Origin: Eledone cirrhosa
Taxonomy: Eukaryota
Reading direction: 5' to 3'
Assembly (NCBI GenBank): GCA_964016885.1
Contig: OZ024740.1
Coordinates: 323,020,001 to 323,084,000 of the forward strand
DNA: 64,000 nt
Shown: in pieces, positions 42,778-54,966 of the stretch
How positions within the stretch are numbered: the first letter of the stretch is position 1
Layout: each line of letters starts with the position of its first letter
Notes under the pieces: model-generated
Seen by the model: the letters and a program-made list of their open reading frames with translations, nothing else
The model's database searches: none
What the model was told of the DNA's origin: nothing
Made by a program: the position numbers and the translations under genes

Positions 42778-44695
42778 ATGGCGGAGCCACGCCCCCTAGA
42801 GGCGGGTCTGCTGTCGTGCAACGGCGACTTGAGCGTTGAGAGGAGAGGTGGGGCGAGGAGCGCCACCAGCACGAGTGTGAGCAGCGACAGTGCCAGCACC
42901 AACGGGCCGAGCGGCGCGGAAGGTGGTAACAGCGACAACACCAACACCAACAAGCCGAACAGCGCAGAAGGTGGTAATAGCGAGAGCACCAACAAAACGA
43001 ACAGCACAGAGAGTAATAGTAGCGACAGCAGCAGCACCAACAAGGCCAACAGCACAGAAGGTAACCACAACACAGGGGAGAACAACAACAGCAATAGCAG
43101 CAGCAACACCAACAAGAACAACAACAGTGACAACACCAACAAGAACACTTTCGCTGCTGTGGCAGCGGCTAAAAGGAGACCATGCTACAGCATCGACTTA
43201 ACCAACAGAGAGGAAAAGTTGGCCCAGGCCTGGAAAATCATAAATCAAGAGCAGACCTGGGCAAACTTAAATGTCCCGGCAGAAGCCATTGCGGCAGTGG
43301 AAAAAAGAACGGTGCATTTCAGATGCATCTCAGTAGAGACAAAGAGGGCAGCGATAATCGCCCAAGCTGATATAGAAGCCGCACTGAAATACATCAGAGA
43401 GGACACAGACTTCATAGAGAGGGGCAGGCAATACGGCACCGTTTCGGTGCTGTTCAAGTCTGAAGCCCTCGCTGTGAAGCATTCAATGACCCCTTGCAAA
43501 ACCAGCAAGGTCATAATGTACCCCTCCCACATGGGAAAACGAATAGCACGTGTGCGCATTCCCAGGATTCCACCAGGACTTGATATGTGGTGGCTCCTGG
43601 GTTGCGTAATCGTGGAAGGAACGGATACAGTCCCGGTAGAGGCAACGAGAACTGCCAGGGACGACTGGTCCGGAGTTGATCTGGAGATACTGCTCCAAAT
43701 CAGACCCGAAAACGTAAAAGCAATCCCGGACCACATCCGCCTCCAAAACGGGAGGGTGTTGCATATAATGACTGAGGGCAAAAGGCCGCATTGTTTCCTT
43801 TGTGGGGAAACGACACACTTGCGAGCCTTCTGTCCTCAACTGCCGAAAAGCGCAAGGGGTCGAAAGATTCCACTGCTGGCGACGCCGGGACAAGGACCAC
43901 CAGCAACACCGTCAACAATGGAACCACCAAAATTGCACACCCAGGGGGGAAACGAGGAAAGCTCTCCCATTCCCCCCCCCCCCCCCCAAAAAAAAATACA
44001 CACACGAACAAGAACATAAACACTCACTCAGACACAAACACGCTCACAGCCACAGACCCCTCATCCTCCAGCAGTGAAGATGAGGGAAAACCAAAGTCCA
44101 CCAAAATACAAAAAACAAAACACAAAAAAAAAAGAAATCCACAAAGCACAAACACCCCCACAAAAAAAATACACACACCACCCACACAAACATTTTCCCC
44201 ACAGCATCACCAACACAACCACCAAAATCCCCCAAACGCAAACAAGCTAAACAGACACAAGAACAAATAGACACACAAACATCAGAAACTACAGACACCC
44301 CACCCACATCAAACGCAGACACAATAGAAACAACACTAACAAAGCTATCACCACCACAATCACACGAACAAATAAAACCCGAGCAGCAAAACATTAAAAA
44401 CTTCGTGCTTGCCAGAAGGGCCAACAAGGAATTGATGGCCCATGTAGCACGAAGCACAAACATCGAAAAAGAGGGGGAAACATTTGAAGCGAGCACATTT
44501 CGCGTACCAGATAATTTGCTTCTGATGCGAATGTCGCTCGCTTCATACAAAGAAATTCGAAAGAGCTTTCCTCGGGATGTGGGAACCCCGAACGTAAAAC
44601 CCACTTCAAGACTATTAAAGGGGTTCCCAAAAGAAACCCCACAAACCATGGAGGTCGAACCACCCGACCTTCACAAGACCCCGGAAGGTAAGTAA
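42778..44695 (+). pseudogene. Tx1 LINE ORF1, frameshifted (at least near the C/A homopolymers at about 43972-43995)
   Basis: MAEPRP start in AAAAAACATGG context, N/S-rich repeats, TFAAVAA and CFLCGETTHLRAFC knuckle. The last segment ends PEGK* just before ORF2. Confidence 0.85.
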
Positions 44696-44724
44696 ACCTT
44701 TCCTCTCCCATTCATCCTGCCAGC

Positions 44725-47251
44725 ATGGCCATAAGAGTAGGAAGTTTAAATGTTCGTGGCCTGGGGTCGCCCTGGAAGCAAGGTCACTTGCTCAACGACC
44801 TCAGGTCACTAGGAATGGATGTAATTGCCATCAGCGAGACCAGAATTTCCGACACACGCGCACTGGCGCCGATTTTCGACGATTATCAGATCTTTGCATC
44901 TGTTAGTCGGCCGGGAATGGGAGGTGGAGGGGCTGTGCTGTTTAGGAAATGTCTGGATCTCGAGGTAAGGTCAATCTTCCGGGATCCTGACGGAAAGTTG
45001 GTGGTCCTGGACGTGAGCAATAGCGAAGGTGGTGCCTTTAGACTGGTGGCCGTCTACGCCCCTACTGGGGCCGGTCGGCCGGACTTCTTTAGGCGCCTGG
45101 AAAACTTTCTGCTTACGTCTCGCCCTTTACTGTTAATAGGGGATTGGAATGGCATCTTAGAAGCACGCTGGGATTGTGTGGGAGTATCTGATAGGAGCGG
45201 GGGGTGCAAAAGCCTCAAGTACCTGATCAGCCAGTTTCAACTGTCTGACAGGTACCGACTAGATTTCCCTAATGCGCCAGTATGGACCTGGACCAATCGC
45301 ATAGGGTCATCTAGATCGTACATAGATAGGATTTTCATTAGGAAAAGAGATAGAAATAGTGTAGGATGTCCACATTTTAAAACGGTTGCCTATTCAGATC
45401 ACAAGCTTGTGATCTGTATGGTCGACCTAGATAAGACACGTAGGTTAGGACCTAGCTATTGGAAGCTAAACATGTCGTTTCCGGCACGTAAAGCTTACAG
45501 GAACCGGGTCAACAACTTAGTTAAGCAAAAGTTGACAGGGGGGGGGGGGTTGTCAACAACAGGTGGTGGGGGGCTCTCAAAAGAGAGATTAGAGCAACCT
45601 CGATAGGATTTAGCAAAGAAGTAGCAATAGAGAAAAATAGAAAGGAGGAGGGTCTGATAGCTAAGTTAGACGAGGCTATTTGTAGTGGCATTGCAACAGA
45701 CGTGCTAGCGGCGAGAATGGCACTAGACCATTTCTTCAATGCGAAACACGAAGGTTGCATTGTCAGAGCTAAGGCGCGTGCTCTGAGGAACGAGGGAACC
45801 AAAGCTGCCCGATGGGCTCGCTTTGCAGAGACGCAGCGTGGAAATAAAACCACAATTCGGTCTTTGACGGATCGAGATGGACACGAACTGAGCGATTCCA
45901 AGCAGATGTGTGAGGCCTTTCGCCAGCACTTTGCTCGATTGTTCGGGAGGATGGGTGAGTCGGAGATGGCGGCGGACTTCAGTCCCTACCTCGACGGCTT
46001 GCCACGCCTCTCGACGGCCGACGCTGAGCGCTGCGAAGAGCCGATAACATCAGCCGAAATTCAGGACGCCCTTGTCGGCTGCTCGGGGTTTGGTTCGGAC
46101 CAGACCTCCAGGTGGATAAGAATTGGGACGAGGTGACGAGCAGGATAGCCAACCTCACCCAGAAATGGGCTGAGAGAAAGCTATCACTGAAAGGGCGGGC
46201 GGAGGTGGCGAACGCGTACATCGCGTCCGTCATCTACTACCGCCTGACCGTCGTGCCTTGCCCCCGTCCACGCCTCGCCAATTTGGAACGGCTCTTTTTC
46301 AAATTTTTGTGGAGGGGACGGGTCCCGTTGGTGAGGCGGTCCATCTGCTGCCAGCACCCTCTTCGTGGAGGGCTGGGCATGCCGTGGCTAATGATGCGCA
46401 GACATGCGCTGAGGCTGCGACATCTCCAGATATTTTGCCTAAACGGTGAACAGGTGTGGTCGCCGTTTGTTAGACGGGCCTTTCCGCAGCTCATCTCTTT
46501 GACTGAGCTGCAGTCCTGGGTCAAGAAGAGACCGAGACTGGGCGACTGGCATCTGGAATGTTGCCAGGCGCTCACTGCACTCTGCAAGGTGGGCAATGCG
46601 GTCAGTGGAACTTCCACTCAAGATTTCTATAGAGGATTAGTGGAGGGCAAGTGCGATGACGTACTAGGAGAGGCTCTGGGCGTCAACGAAGTAGAACTGA
46701 CCAGTATGTTCCGGAGGACTTTCGAGCCGGGGACGATGGATAACTTCCAGAAATCCCTCGCTTGGCAGTGCTACCGGGGGGCGCTGCCGGTTCGGGATAA
46801 ACTCTACAGGCACGGAAGTGCTGTCAGACGAACCTGCCCGAGATGCGCGCAGAGCGACGAAACCGTTCTGCACGCACTCGTCCAGTGTCCGTGCATTGCT
46901 GACTTGTGGGGTTATGTCGAACAGCTATTGTCGCGTGTAGAACGGATCCGGCTATCGTCCGAGTCCATAGTGAAGATTGACCCGCCGCCTTCTTTTGGTC
47001 AGGAAGGGCAGGCAATTTTCCTCTGCCTGGTGGCAGTAGCGAAAGAGGTTGCATGGTGGACCAGGTTGAAAGGACTGAAGACAGACACTTTTCTCTTCGG
47101 CCAATCCCTCATCAACTTCTTCAAGTTTCACTTGGAAAGGAAGGTGAGGGTGGAGAGAGAAGTGCTGCCCCCCAGTACATTTACTGAAAGGTGGGTGAAT
47201 GTGGCGAGAATGGCCCGCGTGAGTGGGCCTACTCTGATCATGCGCCTGTAG
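44725..47251 (+). pseudogene. Tx1 LINE ORF2 lacking the RT domain
   Basis: APE motifs (VGSLNVRG, AISET, IGDWN, SYIDRIF, YSDH). Frameshift at the G run near 45540. DALVGCSG is joined to GVWFGPD-coding DNA at about 46085. The C-terminal 379 aa are open and include CPRCAQSDETVLHALVQC. Confidence 0.92.
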
Positions 47252-47522
47252 GCTGGTGAATTCGAGAAGGAGAGGGGTGCCCTTCCCGGGTGCCCTAGGA
47301 GCGTCGGGTGGCTCAGGACTGGTGGGGTGCTTGAGTCAACCCTGGGTGGTGATCCCTCTTATTGGGGAACTTTCATTGTTGTATTTTTATTGTTATTTTG
47401 TTTTTTTGTTATTTATACTTACTCGATCTCTATGTAAACCCCCACTGTCCCTGTCTATTGTGTTGTCCCCTATATGTCGGCCCTTGTGGCCAATAAATGA
47501 AATCATTATTATTATTATTATT

Positions 47523-47647
47523 TATATCTTCATTGTTAAATTAGTCTTGCACTTTTACTCGACCTTATTGTAAACCCCACTGTCCCTGTCTTTGTATTGT
47601 CTCCTACATGTCGGCCCTTGTGGCTAATAAATGAAATCATTATTATT
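47523..47647 (+). mobile_element. Second, 5'-truncated 3' end of the same Tx1 family
   Basis: TGTAAACCCCACTGTCCCTGTC...GGCCCTTGTGGCTAATAAATGAAATCATTATTATT repeats 47432-47513 with several substitutions. Confidence 0.88.
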
Positions 47648-47812
47648 GCTTTGACGCATAGAGTTACGGCCCTTGCCATTCTGAGTTCAAATCCCGCCGA
47701 GGTTAACTTTTTCGTTCATCCTTACGGGGTCGATAAAATAAAGTACCAGTAATGCACTGGGATAATTGCTGGCCTTGTGCCAATAGCAGAAACAATTATT
47801 ATTATTATTATT
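47648..47812 (+). mobile_element. SINE family A, 5'-truncated, directly after the Tx1 tail
   Basis: B box, body, tail and (ATT)n are present. Confidence 0.9.
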
Positions 47813-48484
47813 AAACAAAATCAAGAATGGCAACAACAACAATAGCAAGAGTTTCAGGAACACGCAATCACAACAACAGTAAAACAACAACAACAACAGT
47901 AATAACAACAGTAAGAAGAGCAAATCAAGCAGAAACAATGAGAACAACAACCATAACAACAACAACAATGGGGACCATTTGTTACTTTTGTTGATATTGC
48001 TGTAGTATGTTGTTCTAATGTGGTAAAGTTCATTGAAAACACACACATGCTCATATATACATGCAAAGACACGCACACGCAGACACACATGCAAACACAC
48101 ACACACTGGAAGAGAAACATACAAACGCACACACTTACACACACAAACACAGACGCAAACACGCACACACAAACACACACGCAAATTCCCCCCCCCCCCC
48201 CACACACACACGCGCATGCACACTCGCACACACACACACACACATAGAGAGACATACCCACATCCACCAACACAATCATTTTATCCTTTTGCTTTTGGTT
48301 TGTGTGTGTTTTTAAAAATATATTCTGAAATGGATCTCCGTAAGTTTCGACGATGATTTTTCGGACTGTTCAATCTACGGAAGACCCTGCACACGAAATT
48401 AACGTTTTAGATAAATATAAATAATTTAAAACAAGCGGATTGTATCTTCGAAAAGTGCTTCGGTATCAAAAGTGTTAAATATAC

Positions 48485-49240
48485 AACCCTAAACCTAAAC
48501 TTAACCCTAACCCTAACCATAAACCAAACATACCCTTACATCTAACACTAAGCCAAACCCTAACGCTAACCCTAACGCTAACCCTAAAACTAACTCTAAA
48601 CCTAACCGTAACACTAACACTAATATTATGTCAAAACCGAAACTAACACTAACTCTAAACCTAACCCTAAACCTAACCCTAACCATAAACCCCAAACCTA
48701 ACCCTAACCATAAACATAGCCTTAACCCTAACCCTGACCGAAACATAACCTTAACCCTACTCCTAACCCTAACCCTGACACCAATGCTAATCCTATCCCT
48801 AACTCTAACCCTTACCTTAACCCTAACCCTAACCATAACCATCAACTTAACCTTAACGCTAACCCCTAATCCTAAACCTAACCCTAACCCCAAAACTTAC
48901 CCTAACCCTAGCACTAGCTCTTATCCTAAACCTACCCTAACCCTAACCTTAACCCTAACGCTATCCCTAACCTTAACCCTAATCCCCAACCCTAACACTA
49001 ACCTAACTGTATCCCTAACCCTAACACTATCCCTAACCCTAACCACAGTGCCTAGCCTAACACGCCCCCTAACTCTCAACCTGACACCAATACTAACCCA
49101 AACTCTAACTCAGACCAACCCCATCAACCCTAACTCTAACCCTCACTCTAACTCTAACTCTAACCCTACCGCTACCGCCAATACTAACCCTAACCCAACC
49201 CGATATCAGCCAACCCAACCTCACCTAACCCTAATGCTAA
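48485..49240 (-). repeat. Degenerate interstitial telomere-like (TTAGGG)n tract
   Basis: About 750 bp of TAACCC units with many variants (TAACCA, TAACTC, TAACAC, TAAACC). Confidence 0.92.
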
Positions 49241-49599
49241 CACACATCACTCACTCACAGATTCCACAGCAAATATATAAACACTTGTAACTTACATTTG
49301 AAATTATGTATAGGTAATTGCAACAATTATTAACGTATATATATATAGTTATGCAAATTTTTATTTATTCATAATTGAATGTAAATATATATAATCACAC
49401 TGTGTACGTGTATATGTATTTAGACATTATGTATATTTATATGTGTGTATATATGCTTGTATTTGTTTATGTTCCTCTCTGTCTCTTCGTGTGGGTTCAT
49501 ACTTTTGTTCATAAATATGTATGCAAAACTCCTATTTATGTTACAAATAATGTAAACACATACATAGAGGAATACACATACATACACAATTATATATAT

Positions 49600-49649
<50 letters not shown>

Positions 49650-49759
49650 TTACATACATACATATATATATACATATATATACACATATATATACATATA
49701 TATACATATATATATACATATATATACACATATATACCCATATATACACACATATATAT

Positions 49760-49848
<89 letters not shown>

Positions 49849-49947
49849 CAGGATGTCCCCCCAAAATGTATACACACTGTGATTACCTGTACAGGCAATA
49901 TTTATTAGAATGCTGTTGAATTGTGTATACATTTTGGGGACACCCCT
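49849..49947. mobile_element. Tc1/mariner-type mini-MITE (about 100 bp)
   Basis: TA-CAGGATGTCCCCCCAAAATGTATACACA ... TGTGTATACATTTTGGGGACACCC TIRs. Confidence 0.82.
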
Positions 49948-50849
49948 TCTCTCTCACTCTCTCTCTCTCACTCTGTGTGTGTCTCTCTCTCTATAAATAT
50001 ATATGTATATATACATATATGTATATAAGTATATATATATATAAATGAAAGGTATAGAAAATATTGTAGCAAAAAGCCAACAGTATATATATATATTTGT
50101 TTGTGTGTGTGTGCGTGTGTAATTATATATATATGCACATATAGACATAGCAATATGATTATGCAAGTGGTTTGTTACTACACATGTTTATGAATATGGA
50201 TATTGATGCCAGTTCAAAAATGTCAGAATCAAGCTAGCTTTGTCTTGGAATAATTTTCAAATAAATCAGTGATTCCGAATTCTTTTACACGAATTCCTTG
50301 CTTCATAATCACGGTATTTGGTGCCATAGCTCTGTCTGTGACTTGTAGCAAATCCCTCTTTTTCATCAGCTTTCATCTCTCTCTCTCTCCTTCTCCCCCT
50401 CTCTCTTTCTCCCTCTCTCTCTTTCTCCTCTCTCTGTCTCTGTCTCACCCTCTCTGTTAATGAAACTAAAGAACTGAACCGTTACAATCCAATAATCAGG
50501 AATTAACACAATACCAAATATTTGCAAGAATCCATAAAATGAGGCATTATTCCTCGCGTCAGTTTTATTCTGATCTGGTTTCCATCACTTGAGGTTGTTA
50601 TTAAGCTATGCTAATAGAAATAACAATCAGAAAAGTAGTTGAGAATTCCTCTTCCCAATAACGCCTCCGTGTGTTCGATAACACTACATAGGATTTTAGA
50701 CAAAGAACAAGTTAAAACAACCACTGAGAGTGAGATTGTGTAAACTGAAACTACGGAAGCCCGTCAAATTTATTGTACCCGGATTTCGAAGGTCCATCAT
50801 TGATACATACCTATATTAGAAACAATTATTACTAATATAACAAACCGAA

Positions 50850-51637
50850 TGGGGGCGGTGGATTGGCAATATTGGCTGGGCGTCGGACAACATGCTTTGC
50901 GACATAGAGTTACGGCTCTTTACATGCTGAGTTCAAATCCCGCCAAGGTTAGCTTAGCTATTCATCCTTACGGGGTTGATAAATAAGGCACCAGTGATGC
51001 ACTGGGGTGGATTTAATATACTTTGCCCCTCCCCTTCAAATTGCTGACCTTGTGCCTAATGTAGAAACAATTATTACAAGCTGGGGGTGGTGTATTGTCA
51101 GAATGATTAAAGTGTCGAACAAAACACTTTGCAATATTTGTTCTGGCGCTTTACTTTCTGAGTCTACTCCCACCGAGGACGACTTTACCTTTCATCCTCT
51201 TAGGGTTTATAGAGTACAGGTGCTGATATAATCTACTTCCCTCCTTCCCTTGTGTCTGAATTAGAAACTATTATGCGGTGGATTGGCAGTATCGGTAGAG
51301 AGTCGGACGCCATGCTTTCCAGCATAGTTACGTCCCTTAACGATCTGAGTTCAAATCTCGCTGAGGTTGACTTTGCCTTTCATCCTTACGGGGTCGATAA
51401 AATAAAGTACCAGTAATGAACTGAGTAATTGCTGGCCTTGTGCCTAAAGTAGAAACAATTATTATTAAAGTCGGACGCCATGCTTTGCAGCAAAGAGTTA
51501 CGGCCCTTTATGGTCTGAGTTCAAATCCCGCCGAGGTTAACTTTGTCTTTCATCCTTACGGGGTCGATAAAATAAAGTACCAGTAATACACTGGAATACA
51601 CTGGAATAATTGCTGCCCTTGTGCCAAACAATTATTA
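50850..51637 (+). mobile_element. Array of four head-to-tail SINE family A copies
   Basis: Copies at about 50850-51076, 51080-51274 (diverged), 51275-51467 and 51468-51637, each starting at or just after the previous ATTATT tail. Confidence 0.9.
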
Positions 51638-53924
51638 AAAGATGTCCGGTAGATGTCAGTATTAGTAGAAGGCAAGAGAAATGTTTTGTGATCGATCTTT
51701 CAGCAAATGGATGAGTAAAAAATGAATTCATATGAATTATTGTGGGGTTTGATAGGTACCTCTTGCTGCTAGTATAACCAATGAGATGGGATGTGCTACT
51801 ACTAATCCTGCTACAACTCATATATGTATTATGAGTTATGTTCGGAATGTTGACAAAGTTTTTGACATTTTTTGCTGTGACTAAACTAAGAAAATTATTA
51901 CAACTGTAGCACCAAGGAACTAAAACACATATTTAAATAAAATTAAGAGAGGGTAACTATAAAAAGGCAGGCATAATTGATAACTCAAGTTTTCATTTTG
52001 TCATCTTATAAGAACCAACGTTGCTTATATATTATAATTGACATATTCTTAAGGGAAATCATTTTAAAAGAATATCAACCTTGAAAAGTATATCTTCTGT
52101 AAAATAGTTGATGTTGAATCTTCGCCAGGGGCGACGATGATTGTTACAGTTGTTCGAATAACGGAACTGCTTGGTTGTGAATTAAACATGTTTCAACGTT
52201 CCACAGACACGAGTATCCTTAATGTAATTCTCAAGGAGATTCAGCGTGATGACACATTGTGTGACAAGGCAGGCCATTTGAATTAGAGGTATAATTCATT
52301 TTTGACAGCTGAACAGGCTGGAGCACCGGTAAGTAAAAAGTCTTCCCTAAAGACCCAACACACCACAATTGTGAGTCGATTTACTATCTAATAAACCTCA
52401 CACTTTCATCGTAAATAGGTAGTAAGAAACTCTCGGGAGTGCTTGACAGCAGAAGGTCTTCAGAGAAAACTCCCCCCACCAATCCCAGCGAGTGTTATGG
52501 CCCTGTTATTATTGCTGTGAATATCTTGGGTGCCAGACGAAACACGTCGTGTTATTAATTATTTCCCTTTATGTTCTGAGATCGAATTCCACCATGGTTT
52601 ACTTCCCTTACATCTTACCAGTTGATTGGCCTCAATCTAATCGATTCTGTCCTTCCATCCACTAATATTGACTTTTTCTAATATAAAATAATATCATTAA
52701 TAATAAGGCACACTTGACTTTAAATCTCGCCAAAGTGAACTTTGCCTTTCATCTTTTCGATATGAAATGAGGTGGATTTAATCGAATTTTCTTTTCTCCT
52801 AAAATTGCTGGTCTTTTGTTCGAATAAGTAGAAAAAGAAAAGATTCAAATCATCTGATCAGACCAAAGAATAAATGCTTCGATTGGTCTTTCCATTGCTT
52901 GTACTCTCTGGCTGTCACAACTTCTGGCAAAAGTAAGAAGACAATTGTCAGATTGGACAAAAGAAACAATGTTTTCATTGCCGATAAGAGCTTTTGGTAA
53001 CACCTAACAGAAGAAACAACGGGAAATATTTTCTCAAGAACCCAACGCATCATCCATTGCCGGAATTGAACCCACAAACTTATTATCCTGAATCCAACAC
53101 ACTTACCACTAGGCCACGTTTCTTCACAAAATAGAAACAATTACTAAGTTACTCGATATTACAATCGATAGACACCTGTCATATTTCTCTATATACTTTG
53201 CTTTTGCTAACAGCATCCATACATATAGTACATGATTCATTGTCTCTGCACTACTACTACTAACTATTCTTCATTTGCTTTTATATTCGGCCTTATTACA
53301 CGCATAACAGTCTCCCATGTGTAAAGAATAACAGTATCTTTCACAGCGATTAGGAATCCTCTGGTCTCATCTTTTATGTCCAATATTCTCAGCCAACGTT
53401 TATTCGTTTATTGGTCAACTATTAATCTTTTCAATAATGTTTATATATAATGTTTATATGTATCATGTCCAACATTTCTTGTCATCTTCTTATCATGCAG
53501 TTTTATGTGTTGTTTTATCATTGCTGTTACAGAATACACCTTTCTGTCTTATAGTCACCTATGAGTGTGTATGTGTTTGTGTGTGTATATACACGTACAC
53601 ACACACATTATATATATATATATATATAATGTGTGTCTGTTTAATGTGTTCCTTTCATATGTTTTAATCATTTGTGCTATTGACTACACACTTCTATCAG
53701 ATAGTTGTCTCTGTTTTAGACAATATTTTGTAATGTCTGACTATAAATGGGACGTATTCTCTTTTGTCTTATTGCAATAATTACCTTTATTTTCCATTAG
53801 ATTTGTATGCGCCTCATATCATATTTTATAGTAGTAATTTTATAACCAGATTCTCATTTCATATATAACCTATGTTCCTTATGTTCGTAGAAATAACTTT
53901 GCATTGTTTCAAAATAGCAACAAG

Positions 53925-54330
53925 GATAATATGGACAGCCACATCTCCTCTTCTTAAGAGGAAAGGATGTGTTAGCTAATCGATGTAGTTTTCCCATGTG
54001 ATATTAGAATGGTAGACAAAGAACACGAGAAAATAAAATAGTACCCAGACCTGAAATATGAAATGCATAGAATCCTGAGTTGTCGCAAACTTGTTATCAT
54101 CTCAAGTGAAATAATAGACTTAGAGGCAGTGGCTAAAAGTTTGAATGGCTGGCTAACGATGCTGGATATAGATGTGAATTTCCTGATTGTACAGTAGACC
54201 TGTTTATTTTGGCACAGCAAGAACCATAATAGGAGAGGTGTTGAATACCAAGGTTGCAAGAACCAGTTTGATATTGAGCAATCCAATTACCGGCAGAAGA
54301 ACCACGGAATGCTGTGTAAAGAGAAGACAA
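53925..54330 (+). mobile_element. Old 3' fragment of an R4/Dong element (RLE domain)
   Basis: Translates with stops as LIDVVFPCDIRMVDKEHEKIK*YPDLKYEMHRIL...NGWL...GTART..., alignable to the C-terminus of element B. Confidence 0.82.
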
Positions 54331-54344
54331 CAACAACAGCAACA

Positions 54345-54881
54345 ATAATAACAATATGGTTTCTGATTTAGGCACAAGGCCAGCAATTTGGGGGGAGGGG
54401 AAAGTCGATTAAATCGACCCTAGTGCGTGACTGGTACTATATTTTATCGACCCCGTAAGGATGAAAGGCAAAGTTAACCTCGGCAACATTTGAACTCAGA
54501 ACGTAAAGGGCCGTAACTCTATGCGGTAAAGCCTATTCTCCACGCTCTACCGACACTACTACCCTAACAATAACAATAATTCTTTCTAAAATTGTCGCAA
54601 GGCCAGCAATTTGGGGGAGGGGAAAGTCGATTACATTGACTTCCAGTACACAACGGGTAGTTTATTTTCTCCAACCTGGGAAACAATAGTAACTGTTTTT
54701 ACTTTTGGCACAAGGCCAGCAATTATCCCAGTGTATTACTGGTACTTTATTTTATTGATCCTGTAAGGATGAAAGGCAAAGTTAACCTCGACGGGATTTG
54801 AACTGAGACCATAGAGGGCCGTAACTCTTTGCTGCAAAGCATGGCGTCAGACCCTCTACCGATACTGCCAATCCACCACCC
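54345..54881 (-). mobile_element. Cluster of three SINE family A copies or fragments
   Basis: Reverse-complement tails (GCACAAGGCCAGCAAT-like) at about 54371, 54596 and 54708, with body and B box in two copies. Confidence 0.88.
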
Positions 54882-54966
54882 TGGGAAACTATAATAGTGA
54901 TAATGATAATGATAATTTGTTTTATTTGCCCAAAGGGCATCAGATGGAGAAGTATGATGCATTCCG

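Larger units (their letters stand above)
42567..47522 (+). mobile_element. Tx1/L1-clade LINE (copy 2) with internal deletion of the RT core
   Basis: Begins right after (TAT)n at 42524-42566. Retains ORF1, APE and the ORF2 C-terminus homologous to copy 1. Ends CCCTTGTGGCCAATAAATGAAATC(ATT)n. Confidence 0.93.

Noticed and set aside
44688-44723. 36-nt GT..AG mini-intron fusing ORF1 to ORF2
   Set aside because: It is too short, the splice product is out of frame with ORF2, and copy 1 has no equivalent AG.
48628-49290. 220-aa LTLTL/PNPNP ORF
   Set aside because: It is a translation of the telomere-like hexamer repeat.
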